NCBI GenBank assembly: GCA_963798815.1
Contig: CAWCUW010000002.1
Coordinates: 378,311-442,310 of the forward strand
Origin: an uncultured Alphaproteobacteria bacterium
GTDB taxonomy: Bacteria; Pseudomonadota; Alphaproteobacteria; Rhizobiales; Methyloligellaceae
DNA: 64,000 nt
Direction: 5' to 3'
Shown here: positions 51,063 through 62,376 of the stretch, one piece after another
Numbering within the stretch: position 1 is the first letter of the stretch
Layout of the letters: each line of letters opens with the position of its first letter
Translations under genes and position numbers: made by a program
The notes under the pieces: model-generated
What the model was told of the DNA's origin: nothing
The model's database searches: none
Seen by the model: the letters and a program-made list of their open reading frames with translations, nothing else

Positions 51063-51636
51063 CTAATGCGGAGCTTCGCCCTCACGCATTTTTCCGGGAA
51101 TCACTTTTTCGGGAGGATTCGTTCCAGGAGGATTGATGGAACGGATGAAGGCAATGATCTTCCACAGCTCGTCCGAGGTGTGGACGGAGAAACCCATCGG
51201 CGGCATGGGCGCGTGCACGCTGCCGTATTGGTAACGGACAAACCCGGATTTTTCCAACTCGGCGGAGCCCAGCGTCACCAGCCTGAACAGCACGTCATCG
51301 GTGTTGCCCCAGAACCAGATGCCCTGAACTCAACGCCGGGCACATGCCGCCGCCGCCACCGCCGCCATGACACTCGTTACATCCCGGCAGCCGGAACTCT
51401 TTGACGAGTTCCTCTTCCTTCGCCAGCTTGGCCCAATCTTGATAAGGACTATGCAGACCTCCGGGAGGCACTTGCTTTACCAGATCGACCGGCGGCGTCT
51501 TGTCGCCCGCCTTGCAACATTCCTCGGCTGCCTGGGACCTCCAAGAACCGCCGATGGCGGCCAAAAGGCCCAAGGCCAAGCAGGTCGCTACCCCCGCGAA
51601 CATCGTCCTCGCGTTACGTTTTGGTCTTTGATTCAT
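51063..51636 (-). pseudogene. paralogous c-type cytochrome, +1 frameshift near 51325-51332
   Basis: The ATG at 51636 follows GGGAGGA. The protein starts MNQRPKRNARTMFAGVATCLALGLLA and carries CNECHGGGGGGGMCPAL. After the shift it continues ..WFWGNTDDVLFRLVTLGSAELEK...WKIIAFIRSINPPGTNPPEKV. By eye it is roughly three-quarters identical to the neighbouring copy. Confidence 0.7.
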
Positions 51637-51798
51637 TAGACAGTTTCCTCCCTTACGACCGATCTCCCACATAAAGTAACGAGCGTGAATATGTCGCTGC
51701 GGCAGTTTGTAGCCGTTGCCGAGGAATAAACAATCGCCTCAAAAAGGCGATCGCCCGGCCTGAGCCGGGCGATGCACCATCGATCTCTTGGGGTCGGG

Positions 51799-52080
51799 CT
51801 AGCACTGGCCGCCAAACAGGGCCCTTTGGCGAACAAGGGCTTCGGACCGCGCCAACTCCTTGGATGTCGACCGGCACCATTGATAGTGGCCGTCATACCA
51901 ATTGTGCCAGCGGAAGCCGAAGCATCCGAGATGCTGAGCCTGCATGCTGTTGGATTGGGTCACCGCCACTTTGGCGTAAAGCTGGCAGAAGTCCTTCGGT
52001 GCGGCCATCGCGCTCGTCGCAACGGCGATCCCAACACCTGTGGCCACAACGGTCAGGGCAGATCGGATTTGCTTACTCAT
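51799..52080 (-). CDS. small secreted Cys-rich hypothetical protein
   Basis: The ATG at 52080 follows GGAG. A signal peptide MSKQIRSALTVVATGVGIAVATSAMA precedes a ~67-aa mature part with 4 Cys and several Trp/His. I recognised no family. Confidence 0.5.
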   Translation of the reverse strand: MSKQIRSALTVVATGVGIAVATSAMAAPKDFCQLYAKVAVTQSNSMQAQHLGCFGFRWHNWYDGHYQWCRSTSKELARSEALVRQRALFGGQC

Positions 52081-52235
52081 AGTCGTACTCCGTTCCTTTG
52101 CATCCCCGAGCCCAGTTCGTTCGCTGATTTCACTCGGTTGTTGGATCGACTCTCCTGCAACCGACATGAATGCGATCTGAACGGTCTGTTGTGCAGCGTT
52201 TGGAAACGGGGCGCGGCGTTGGCCGCGTCGAAGCT

Positions 52236-52979
52236 TCAGCGCGAAGCCGCTTGCGCTTTGGTCTTAGCCGATTGCCACTCGGCGAAGCCGCGGGCGCGGA
52301 GCTCGCAGGCGGGGCAGGCGCCGCAGCCATAGCCCCAATCGTGGCGCGTGCCCCGCTCGCCGCGATAGCAGGTGTGAGTCTGCTCGACGATGAGATCGAC
52401 CAGCGCATCGCCGCCGAGCTGTTCGGCCAACCTCCAGGTCTCGGCCTTGGTCCGCCACATCAACGGCGTCTCGAGCGAGAAGGGGATTTCGGTGCCGAGC
52501 CTGATCGCCTGCTCCAGCGCGCGCAGCGTCGCATCGCGGCAGTCGGGGTAGCCGGAGAAGTCCGTCTCGCACATGCCGCCGACCAGCGTGGTCAGGCCGC
52601 GCCGATAGCCGAGCGCCGCGGCATAGACGAAGAAGACCAGGTTCCGTCCCGGCACGAAGGTCGAGGGCAGGCCTGAGTCCAGCATCACGATCTCGGCGTC
52701 GGAGGTCAGCGCCGTCTCGCCGATGGCGCCGAAGCTGCCAATGTCGATCACATGGTCGGGGCCGAGGCGTGAGGTCCAGGCGGGAAAGCGCCGCGCCATC
52801 TCCGCGCGCACACGGTCGCGGCATTCAAGCTCCACGCCATGGCGCTGGCCATAGTCGAAGCCGACGGTCTCGACGCGCGCGTAAGCGTCGAGCGCATGAG
52901 CGAGGCACACGGTCGAGTCCTGCCCCCCGGAGAACAGCACCAGCGCTCCTGTCTCGTTGTCCCGCTTCACCACCGGCAT
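52236..52979 (-). CDS. queC: 7-cyano-7-deazaguanine synthase QueC
   Basis: [15 protein letters not shown] (PP-loop) and C-terminal Zn-binding Cys residues (CYRGERG...[10 protein letters not shown]) are present in a 247-aa protein. Confidence 0.9.
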   Translation of the reverse strand: MPVVKRDNETGALVLFSGGQDSTVCLAHALDAYARVETVGFDYGQRHGVELECRDRVRAEMARRFPAWTSRLGPDHVIDIGSFGAIGETALTSDAEIVMLDSGLPSTFVPGRNLVFFVYAAALGYRRGLTTLVGGMCETDFSGYPDCRDATLRALEQAIRLGTEIPFSLETPLMWRTKAETWRLAEQLGGDALVDLIVEQTHTCYRGERGTRHDWGYGCGACPACELRARGFAEWQSAKTKAQAASR

Positions 52980-53044
52980 CCTGTTGGTCCAACCACAACC
53001 GAAGATCGCCGTACATATACGCCTTCCGCTTCTTCGGCGGCTAG

Positions 53045-54362
<1,318 letters not shown>

Positions 54363-54410
54363 CCGCCGCTTAACCCGCCGCGAGCGATTCTAGTCGGCTT
54401 CGGGGGAAAC

Positions 54411-54740
54411 ATGCGGTTCACGGCTTTCATCTTTCCGCTGCTCGCCTGCGGTGCTGCCGGCTATTTCGGCTATCACCTGCAAACCGGCGACCATGGCTTG
54501 AAGGCGCGCGCCGATCTCGAGCGCCGCAAGGAAGTGCTTGCCGGCGAGCTTGCCGGCCTGCGCGAGGTCAAGGGCCGGCTCGAGCGGGACGTGGCGCTGC
54601 TCAGGCCCGAGAGCCTCGACCCCGACATGCTGGACGAGCGGGCGCGCGCAATCCTGAACCTTGCCCATCAGGACGACCTCATCATGATGAAGCGCCGCCA
54701 GCCGGTGCCTCCTGCGCCGGCCGCCAACCCCAACCGCTAA
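54411..54740 (+). CDS. ftsB: septum formation initiator family protein (FtsB/DivIC-like)
   Basis: A 109-aa protein with an N-terminal TM segment and a coiled coil (LERRKEVLAGELAGLREVKGRLERDVALL), then LDPDMLDERAR. It is in the conserved position after eno. Confidence 0.72.
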   Translation: MRFTAFIFPLLACGAAGYFGYHLQTGDHGLKARADLERRKEVLAGELAGLREVKGRLERDVALLRPESLDPDMLDERARAILNLAHQDDLIMMKRRQPVPPAPAANPNR

Positions 54741-54803
54741 AGTCATTCAGGCGCTTTGCCGCTCGTGCTAGCTTCGGAGGCGAATCCGAAGGAGCCGAAC
54801 GCC

Positions 54804-55847
54804 GTGACCACCCCAAGCCTCTCGCCGCAAGCCGCCAATTTCTGGCTCGGCGACACCGCGGGCGGCCCGGCTGGACGCTCGACCTTGAGCCCCGGGCAGG
54901 AACTCGCCGCCTACCGCCTGATGCTGCTCATCCGCAGGTTCGAGGAGAAGGCGGGACAGCTTTACGGCATGGGCTATATCGGCGGCTTCTGCCATCTCTA
55001 TATCGGCCAGGAGGCTGTGGTCGCCGGCATGCAGCTGGCGATCTCCGACGGCGACCAGGTCATCACCGCCTATCGCGATCACGGCCATATGCTCGCCGCC
55101 GGCATGGAGGCCAAACGCGTGATGGCCGAGCTGACCGGCCGGCGCCACGGCTATGCCAAGGGCAAGGGCGGCTCGATGCACATGTTCTCGGTGGAGAAGA
55201 ATTTCTACGGCGGCCACGGCATCGTCGGCGCGCCGGCGCCGCTCGGCACCGGTCTCGCCTTCGCCAACAAATATCGCGGCAACGATCGCGTCTGCCTCAC
55301 CTTCTTCGGCGAGGGCGCCGCCAATCAGGGCCAGGTCTATGAGAGCTTCAACATGGCGTCGTTGTGGAAGCTGCCGGTGATCTACGTGATCGAGAACAAC
55401 CATTACGCCATGGGTACCCATGTCGAGCGCGGCAGCGCGCTGGCCGAGGAGCTCTATCATCGCGGCTCGGTGTTCGGCATTCCCGGCGAGCAGGTCGACG
55501 GCATGGATGTTGCGGCGGTGAAGGCCGCCGGCGACCGCGCCGTGGCGGGCGCGCGGCGAGGGGAAGGCCCGAAGATTCTTGAAATGCTCACCTACCGCTA
55601 TCGCGGCCACTCGATGTCGGATCCGGCCAAATACCGCACGCGCGAGGAGGTGCAGGACATCCGCGAGCATCGCGACCCGATCGACCTCCTGCGCGACCGC
55701 ATCCTGAAAGAGGGACGCGCCAGCGAGGCCGAGCTGAAGGAGATCGACCGCGAGGTCCGCGCCCGCGTCAACGAGGCGGCCGAGTTCGCGCAAAACGATC
55801 CCGAGCCCGACCCTTCCGAGCTTTACACCGACGTCACGGCGAGCTGA
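54804..55847 (+). CDS. pdhA: pyruvate dehydrogenase E1 component subunit alpha
   Basis: The GTG at 54804 lies 9 nt after AAGGAG. LLIRRFEEKAGQLYGMGYIGGFCHLYIGQEA and YRYRGHSMSDPAKYR motifs are present. Confidence 0.9.
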   Translation: MTTPSLSPQAANFWLGDTAGGPAGRSTLSPGQELAAYRLMLLIRRFEEKAGQLYGMGYIGGFCHLYIGQEAVVAGMQLAISDGDQVITAYRDHGHMLAAGMEAKRVMAELTGRRHGYAKGKGGSMHMFSVEKNFYGGHGIVGAPAPLGTGLAFANKYRGNDRVCLTFFGEGAANQGQVYESFNMASLWKLPVIYVIENNHYAMGTHVERGSALAEELYHRGSVFGIPGEQVDGMDVAAVKAAGDRAVAGARRGEGPKILEMLTYRYRGHSMSDPAKYRTREEVQDIREHRDPIDLLRDRILKEGRASEAELKEIDREVRARVNEAAEFAQNDPEPDPSELYTDVTAS

Positions 55848-55864
55848 GCCTTCTCCCGAAACTG

Positions 55865-56179
55865 ATGCCAAGCGAAATTCTCATGCCGGCGCTCTCTCCC
55901 ACCATGGAGGAGGGAAAGCTCGTCAAATGGCTGGTGCGCGAGGGCGATAGCGTCCGCGCCGGCGACGTCATCGCCGAGATCGAGACCGACAAGGCGACCA
56001 TGGAGGTGGAAGCCGCCGAAGACGGCAAGCTCGGCAAGATCCTGGTGGCCGAGGGTACCGAGCATGTGCCGGTGAACCGCCCCATCGCGCTGCTGGTGGT
56101 GGATGGCGAGGATGTGGCAGGCCCCTCACCCGTTCGAGAGGCTCGCGGCGGCGGCGAAGCCGGGGCTCCTGCAGGATAA
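55865..56179 (+). CDS. free-standing lipoyl-domain ORF (N-terminal lipoyl domain normally fused to PdhB), ended by TAA at 56177
   Basis: MPSEILMPALSPTMEEGKLVKWLVREGDSVRAGDVIAEIETDKATMEVEA includes the lipoyl-lysine motif ETDKA. The ORF is in the same frame as the E1-beta ORF downstream. Confidence 0.8.
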   Translation: MPSEILMPALSPTMEEGKLVKWLVREGDSVRAGDVIAEIETDKATMEVEAAEDGKLGKILVAEGTEHVPVNRPIALLVVDGEDVAGPSPVREARGGGEAGAPAG

Positions 56180-56262
56180 GGGTGAGGCGGCCGAGCAATC
56201 GAAGCCATTTCAGCTCCTCACCCTGAGGAGGGCGCTTCAGCGCCCGTCTCGAAGGGTGAGGC
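56179..56262. repeat. REP-like nested-hairpin element inside the pdhB linker
   Basis: AGGGTGAGG occurs at 56179-56187 and 56254-56262, and its complement CCTCACCCT at 56217-56225. An inner hairpin GGGCGC-ttca-GCGCCC is present. The element supplies TAA-GGG-TGA in the pdhB frame. Confidence 0.65.
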
Positions 56263-56380
56263 CCCCGTAGCACCCCGCGAACTCGGCGAAAGCCTGCCCG
56301 ACGTCGAGCAAGCGCCGGCGGGTCCGCAAGTCGCCCCGGCGGAGCCGCGGCTTGACGCCGAGGTCCCGCCCGGCACCGAA

Positions 56381-57364
56381 ATGGTGCGCATGACGGTGCG
56401 CGAGGCGCTGCGCGATGCCATGGCCGAGGAGATGAGGGCCGATCCGGCGGTGTTCGTCATGGGCGAGGAGGTCGCCGAATATCAAGGCGCTTACAAAGTG
56501 ACCCAAGGCCTGCTCGATGAGTTCGGACCGACCCGCGTGGTCGATACGCCGATCACCGAATACGGCTTTGCCGGGGTGGGCGTCGGCGCGGCCTTCGCCG
56601 GCCTCAAGCCCGTGGTCGAGTTCATGACCTGGAACTTCGCCATGCAAGCGATCGACCACATCATCAATTCCGCCGCCAAGACGCTGTATATGTCCGGCGG
56701 CAAGATGCATTGCCCGATCGTGTTCAGAGGGCCGAACGGCGCAGCAGCCAGGGTCGCCGCCCAGCACAGCCAGAATTACGCCGCCTGGTACGCGCATGTG
56801 CCCGGCTTGAAGGTGATCGCGCCCTACACCTCCGCCGATGCCAAGGGCCTGCTCAAGGCGGCGATCCGCGATCCCGGCCCGGTCGTGTTCCTCGAAAACG
56901 AGATCCTCTACGGCCAGAGCTTCGAGGTGCCGAAGCTCGACGACTTCGTCATCCCGATTGGCAAGGCCCGCATCGCCCGCGCGGGAAAGGACGTCACCAT
57001 CGTCTCCTTCTCGCGCGGCATGGCCTACGCGCTCGAGGCGGCCAAGCTTCTCGCCGAGCAGGGCGTCGAGGCGGAGGTGATCGACCTCCGCACACTGCGT
57101 CCGCTCGACATCGAGACGGTGGTTGCTTCGGTGCGCAAGACCAACCGCATCGTCACGGTGGAGGAGGGCTGGCCGGTCTGCTCGATCGCCTCCGAGATGG
57201 CCGCGCGCGTCACGGCCGAAGCCTTCGATCATCTCGACGCGCCGCCGCTCGCCGTCACCGGCGCCGACGTGCCGATGCCTTATGCCGCTAATCTCGAGCG
57301 GCTGGCGCTGCCGTCGGTGGAGCATGTCATCGAAGCGGTGAAATCCGTCTGTTACCGGAAGTGA
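56381..57364 (+). CDS. pdhB: pyruvate dehydrogenase E1 component subunit beta (catalytic part)
   Basis: [41 protein letters not shown] opens a 327-aa protein with a transketolase-like pyrimidine-binding domain and C-terminal domain. Confidence 0.9.
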   Translation: MVRMTVREALRDAMAEEMRADPAVFVMGEEVAEYQGAYKVTQGLLDEFGPTRVVDTPITEYGFAGVGVGAAFAGLKPVVEFMTWNFAMQAIDHIINSAAKTLYMSGGKMHCPIVFRGPNGAAARVAAQHSQNYAAWYAHVPGLKVIAPYTSADAKGLLKAAIRDPGPVVFLENEILYGQSFEVPKLDDFVIPIGKARIARAGKDVTIVSFSRGMAYALEAAKLLAEQGVEAEVIDLRTLRPLDIETVVASVRKTNRIVTVEEGWPVCSIASEMAARVTAEAFDHLDAPPLAVTGADVPMPYAANLERLALPSVEHVIEAVKSVCYRK

Positions 57365-57765
57365 CGCCCATGGCTGCAACCGAGATGAACTGGAAGACGG
57401 GCGGCTGCCATTGCGGCGCGGTGCGCTTTGAGGTGCTGGCGCCCGACGAGATCGAAGCGCGGGAATGCAATTGCTCGATCTGCGCCAAGAGCGGCTACCT
57501 GCATTATCACGTCGAGGCAGACCGATTCCGGCTACTGCAAGGTGCCGACAAGATCACCACCTACACCTTCAACACCGGCACCGCGCAGCATCGGTTTTGC
57601 TCCGTGTGCGGAATAAAAAGCTTCTACGTGCCGCGCTCCAAACCCGACGGCTTCAGCGTCAATGTGCGCTGCCTCGATGACGGTCAAGTCACCGTCACGC
57701 GCATCGGCCTGTTCGACGGACAGCATTGGGAAGAAGCCTTCGCCGACTCCCAAGGCAAGGTCTGA
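57361..57765 (+). CDS. GFA family protein (glutathione-dependent formaldehyde-activating enzyme / CENP-V fold)
   Basis: [18 protein letters not shown] and HRFCSVCG form the Cys pattern of the GFA family. The start is GTG at 57361, overlapping the pdhB stop, or ATG at 57370. Confidence 0.8.
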   Translation: MTPMAATEMNWKTGGCHCGAVRFEVLAPDEIEARECNCSICAKSGYLHYHVEADRFRLLQGADKITTYTFNTGTAQHRFCSVCGIKSFYVPRSKPDGFSVNVRCLDDGQVTVTRIGLFDGQHWEEAFADSQGKV

Positions 57766-57769
57766 AGCC

Positions 57770-59245
57770 ATGCCGACGCAAATCCTCATGCCGCGGCTGT
57801 CGCCCACCATGGAGGAGGGCAAGCTCGCCGCCTGGCATGTGAAGGAGGGCGATGCGGTCAGAAGCGGCGACGTGGTGGCGGAGATCGAGACCGACAAGGC
57901 GACCATGGAGGTCGAGGCGCCCGAGGACGGGGTGATCGAGAAGCTGCTGCTCGCCGCCGGTACCGAGCATGTCCCGGTCAACCACCCGATCGCCGTCCTC
58001 GTGACGACCGAGGATGAGGCCCAGCCCCAGGCCGCAGCGCCACCCTCTCCCCTTGGGGGAGAGAACTTTCCGGCCCGATCTGGCGAAGTCGGATCGCAGG
58101 GCGGAAAGGGTGAGGGGGGGCTTACACCGATAAATTCCGAAACCCCCTCACCCCAACCCTCTCCCCAACGGGGAGAGGGAGAAACCGAGCAGGTGATGTA
58201 CAAGATCGCCGAGCAGATCCGGCGGAACGGCGGCAACGGTCACGCGGGCCGCGTCTTCGCCTCGCCGCTGGCGCGGCGGCTCGCGCGTGAACTCGGGCTC
58301 GAGATTGCGACCCTCAACGGCTCCGGCCCGCATGGACGCATCGTCCGGCACGATGTCGAGCGCGCGGCCCACGCCACGCCAAAAGTCGCGGAGCGGATCG
58401 AACCAGTCGCCAAGCCCGAACTGGCCGAGCCTGCCGAGATGGAAGCGCCGCCGCCGCCGCGGCCGCAAGAGCTGGTCACGCGCGCAGAATCGCACGAGCC
58501 GCGCGGCCTCTCCGACCGCCAGGTGCTCGCGCTCTACCAGCCGGGCTCTTACGAGATCGTCCCGCACGACACGATGCGGCGCTTCATCGCCGAGCGGCTG
58601 ACGCTCGCCAAGCAAACCATCCCGCATTTCTATCTCGCCATCGATTGCGAGCTCGACGCAGTTCTCGCCGCCCGCGCGCGGCTGAATGCACTTGCGCCGC
58701 AGGAGGGCCCGCGCGCCTTCAAGCTCTCGCTCAACGATTTCATCATCAAGGCGCTGGCCATGGCGCTGCAAACCGTGCCCGCCGCCAATGCCACGTGGAC
58801 GGAACAGGGCATCCTTCGTCATCGAGCCTCCGACATCGCCGTGGCGGTCGCGCTCGAAGGCGGCGGCCTGCATACGCCGGTGATCCGTGACGCCGAGATC
58901 AAGAGCCTGTCGGAGATCTCCAACGAGATGCGCGATCTCGCCGCGCGCGCTCGCTCCAAGCGGCTGGCGCCGCACGAATATCAGGGGGGCAGCACCACCA
59001 TCTCCAATCTCGGCATGTTCGGCATCGACCGCTTCGATGCGGTGATCAACCCGCCGCAGGCCTCGATCATGGCGGTCGGCCGCGCCGAGAAGCGCCCGGT
59101 GGTCAAGGACGACGCGCTGAAGATCGCCACCATGATGAGCGTCACGCTCTCGGTCGACCACCGCGTGATCGACGGCGCGCTCGGCGCCCAGCTGCTCGCC
59201 GCCTTCAAGGCCTATATCGAAGACCCCGTGACCATGCTGGTGTAG
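57770..59245 (+). CDS. pdhC: pyruvate dehydrogenase E2 component (dihydrolipoamide acetyltransferase)
   Basis: It has a lipoyl domain (MPTQILMPRLSPTMEEGKL...EIETDKATMEVEA) and an E3-binding domain (FASPLARRLARELG). The catalytic domain carries DHRVIDG. Confidence 0.9.
   Translation: MPTQILMPRLSPTMEEGKLAAWHVKEGDAVRSGDVVAEIETDKATMEVEAPEDGVIEKLLLAAGTEHVPVNHPIAVLVTTEDEAQPQAAAPPSPLGGENFPARSGEVGSQGGKGEGGLTPINSETPSPQPSPQRGEGETEQVMYKIAEQIRRNGGNGHAGRVFASPLARRLARELGLEIATLNGSGPHGRIVRHDVERAAHATPKVAERIEPVAKPELAEPAEMEAPPPPRPQELVTRAESHEPRGLSDRQVLALYQPGSYEIVPHDTMRRFIAERLTLAKQTIPHFYLAIDCELDAVLAARARLNALAPQEGPRAFKLSLNDFIIKALAMALQTVPAANATWTEQGILRHRASDIAVAVALEGGGLHTPVIRDAEIKSLSEISNEMRDLAARARSKRLAPHEYQGGSTTISNLGMFGIDRFDAVINPPQASIMAVGRAEKRPVVKDDALKIATMMSVTLSVDHRVIDGALGAQLLAAFKAYIEDPVTMLV
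58043..58180. repeat. three-hairpin REP-like element carried in frame within the pdhC linker
   Basis: The three hairpins are CTCTCCCC-ttg-GGGGAGAG (58045-58063), GGGTGAGGGGG...CCCCCTCACCC (58108-58153) and CCCTCTCCCC-aac-GGGGAGAGGG (58157-58179). The element translates as PPSPLGGENFPARSGEVGSQGGKGEGGLTPINSETPSPQPSPQRGEGE. Confidence 0.65.
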
Positions 59246-59252
59246 TTCCGCG

Positions 59253-59852
59253 ATGGCGTCCGCACCGACCTTCCGGCGAGCGCGAAAAGCCGATGCCGCG
59301 GCGCTTGCGGTGCTGGTCGACATCGCCGGCGAGGGCATGCCAGCCTATATGTGGAGCACGCTGAAAGCGCCCGGGCAATCGGTGCTCGAGTTCGGCCGCG
59401 AACGTGCCGCGCGCGACACCGGAGGCTTCTGCTGGCGCAATACCGTGGTCGCGGAGATCGACGGCGAAGTCGCCGCGAGCTTGGTCGGCTACCGTCTCGA
59501 CGACCCCTACGATCTCGGCGTTCTCGCCGAGACGCCCGAGATCGTCCATCCCCTGGTCAAGCTCGAGGCGAAGGCCCCAGGCTCCTGGTACGTCAACGTC
59601 CTGGCGACGTTTCCTGAATTTCGCGGCCGCGGCATCGGCGCCGAACTCTTGCGTATCGCCGAGACCAAAGGCTGCGAGGCGGCCGCGCCAGCCATGAGCG
59701 TCATCGTCGCCAGTTGGAACCAGGGCGCCGCCCGGCTCTATCAGCGTGCCGGCTACTCCGCCCTTGCCAGCGAACCCGCGATCCTGTTTCCAGGATGTCC
59801 CCATCAAGGCGACTGGGTCTTGATGGTAAGATCGCTCAAGGGAAGCGGTTAA
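59253..59852 (+). CDS. GNAT family N-acetyltransferase
   Basis: A 199-aa protein whose VLATFPEFRGRGIGAELL matches the acetyl-CoA binding motif (R/Q-x-x-G-x-G/A). Confidence 0.8.
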   Translation: MASAPTFRRARKADAAALAVLVDIAGEGMPAYMWSTLKAPGQSVLEFGRERAARDTGGFCWRNTVVAEIDGEVAASLVGYRLDDPYDLGVLAETPEIVHPLVKLEAKAPGSWYVNVLATFPEFRGRGIGAELLRIAETKGCEAAAPAMSVIVASWNQGAARLYQRAGYSALASEPAILFPGCPHQGDWVLMVRSLKGSG

Positions 59853-59862
59853 GGAGAGCCCC

Positions 59863-60317
59863 ATGCCGAAGCCTGACGGCCGGCTCTTGCTGGCGCTGCT
59901 GGCGGCGGGGGCCTTGTCCTTCCTCGTCGGCTTCGCCTTCACCTGGCTGATCGAGCGCGTCCCCTGCCAGGGGGAAGGGCTTGCCTGCAACATCGACCAG
60001 GCGATCGGCGGCTATGGCGTGGTCATCTGGTCGATCCTGGGGCCGCTCATTTTCGGTCTCACGCTGGTCATCTCGCGCAGCCGGCTCGCGTTGGCGGGCG
60101 CCGCGATGGTGCTGCTCGCGCCGCCCGTCGCCTTCTTCCTCATCAGCCAGATCGAGCATGCGCTTTATGTCGGCTTCGAGCCGGACCGCCAGCTCAGAAC
60201 CTTTCTCGTCACCTTCCTGCCGCCGGCTTTGACGGTGCTGGTGCAATATCTGATCTTGCGGCGCGTGGTGCCCGAGCCAGCAGCGGCGCAAGCGAATCCC
60301 GTCCCGTTTGCGACCGA

Positions 60318-60321
<4 letters not shown>
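59863..60321 (+). CDS. hypothetical integral membrane protein
   Basis: A 152-aa protein with about four predicted TM segments. It overlaps the lpdA start. I recognised no family. Confidence 0.5.
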
Positions 60322-61736
<1,415 letters not shown>

Positions 61737-61778
61737 CCGCGGGACGGTGAGGGGCCCGACCAACCGGGGAGGGAACTC

Positions 61779-62012
61779 ATGAGCCTCATCATCTTTCTTG
61801 TCGTCGGCCTGATCGCCGGCTTTCTCGCCTCTTACATCATGGGCCGGCAGCAGGACATGCTGGTGAACCTGCTGATCGGCATCATCGGCGCCGTCGTCGG
61901 CGGCCTACTCGCGGGCCTCCTGGGCCTTGGCGCGTACAACCTGATCGGCGAGATCATCATCGCCACGCTGGGCGCCATTCTCTGCATCTACGTCTGGCAA
62001 CGCATGCGCTAG
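61779..62012 (+). CDS. GlsB/YeaQ/YmgE family stress-response membrane protein
   Basis: A 77-aa protein with Gly-rich TM helices (IIFLVVGLIAGFLA...GIIGAVVGGLLAG). Confidence 0.75.
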   Translation: MSLIIFLVVGLIAGFLASYIMGRQQDMLVNLLIGIIGAVVGGLLAGLLGLGAYNLIGEIIIATLGAILCIYVWQRMR

Positions 62013-62089
62013 ACCGAACCGGTCGTAACCGTGCGCGCGCAGACCTATATTGGCTGAGCGACTTAGAGAGGCGAACTCGGGAGGTCACA

Positions 62090-62374
62090 ATGGATAACGC
62101 CCAGACTTTGCTTGCCATGCCGGGAGTTGGGTTCTTCGGCATGCTGATTATCGGCATTCTCGCCGGCTATATCGCCGAAAAAGTCACCTCGAGCGATCAC
62201 GGCCTGCTCACCAATCTCTTGGTCGGCATCGCCGGATCGTTCGTCGGCGGCACGCTCGCCAATGTGTTGAAGATCGAATTCCACGGCTGGCTCGGCAATT
62301 TGATCGTGGCGTCGATCGGCGCGGTCCTCGTATTGTGGATCTGGCGGAGCATCAGGGGCCCCGCCACGACCTAA
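62090..62374 (+). CDS. GlsB/YeaQ/YmgE family stress-response membrane protein (second copy)
   Basis: A 94-aa protein with [13 protein letters not shown]...[12 protein letters not shown], the same family pattern as the upstream gene. Confidence 0.75.
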   Translation: MDNAQTLLAMPGVGFFGMLIIGILAGYIAEKVTSSDHGLLTNLLVGIAGSFVGGTLANVLKIEFHGWLGNLIVASIGAVLVLWIWRSIRGPATT

Positions 62375-62376
62375 GT

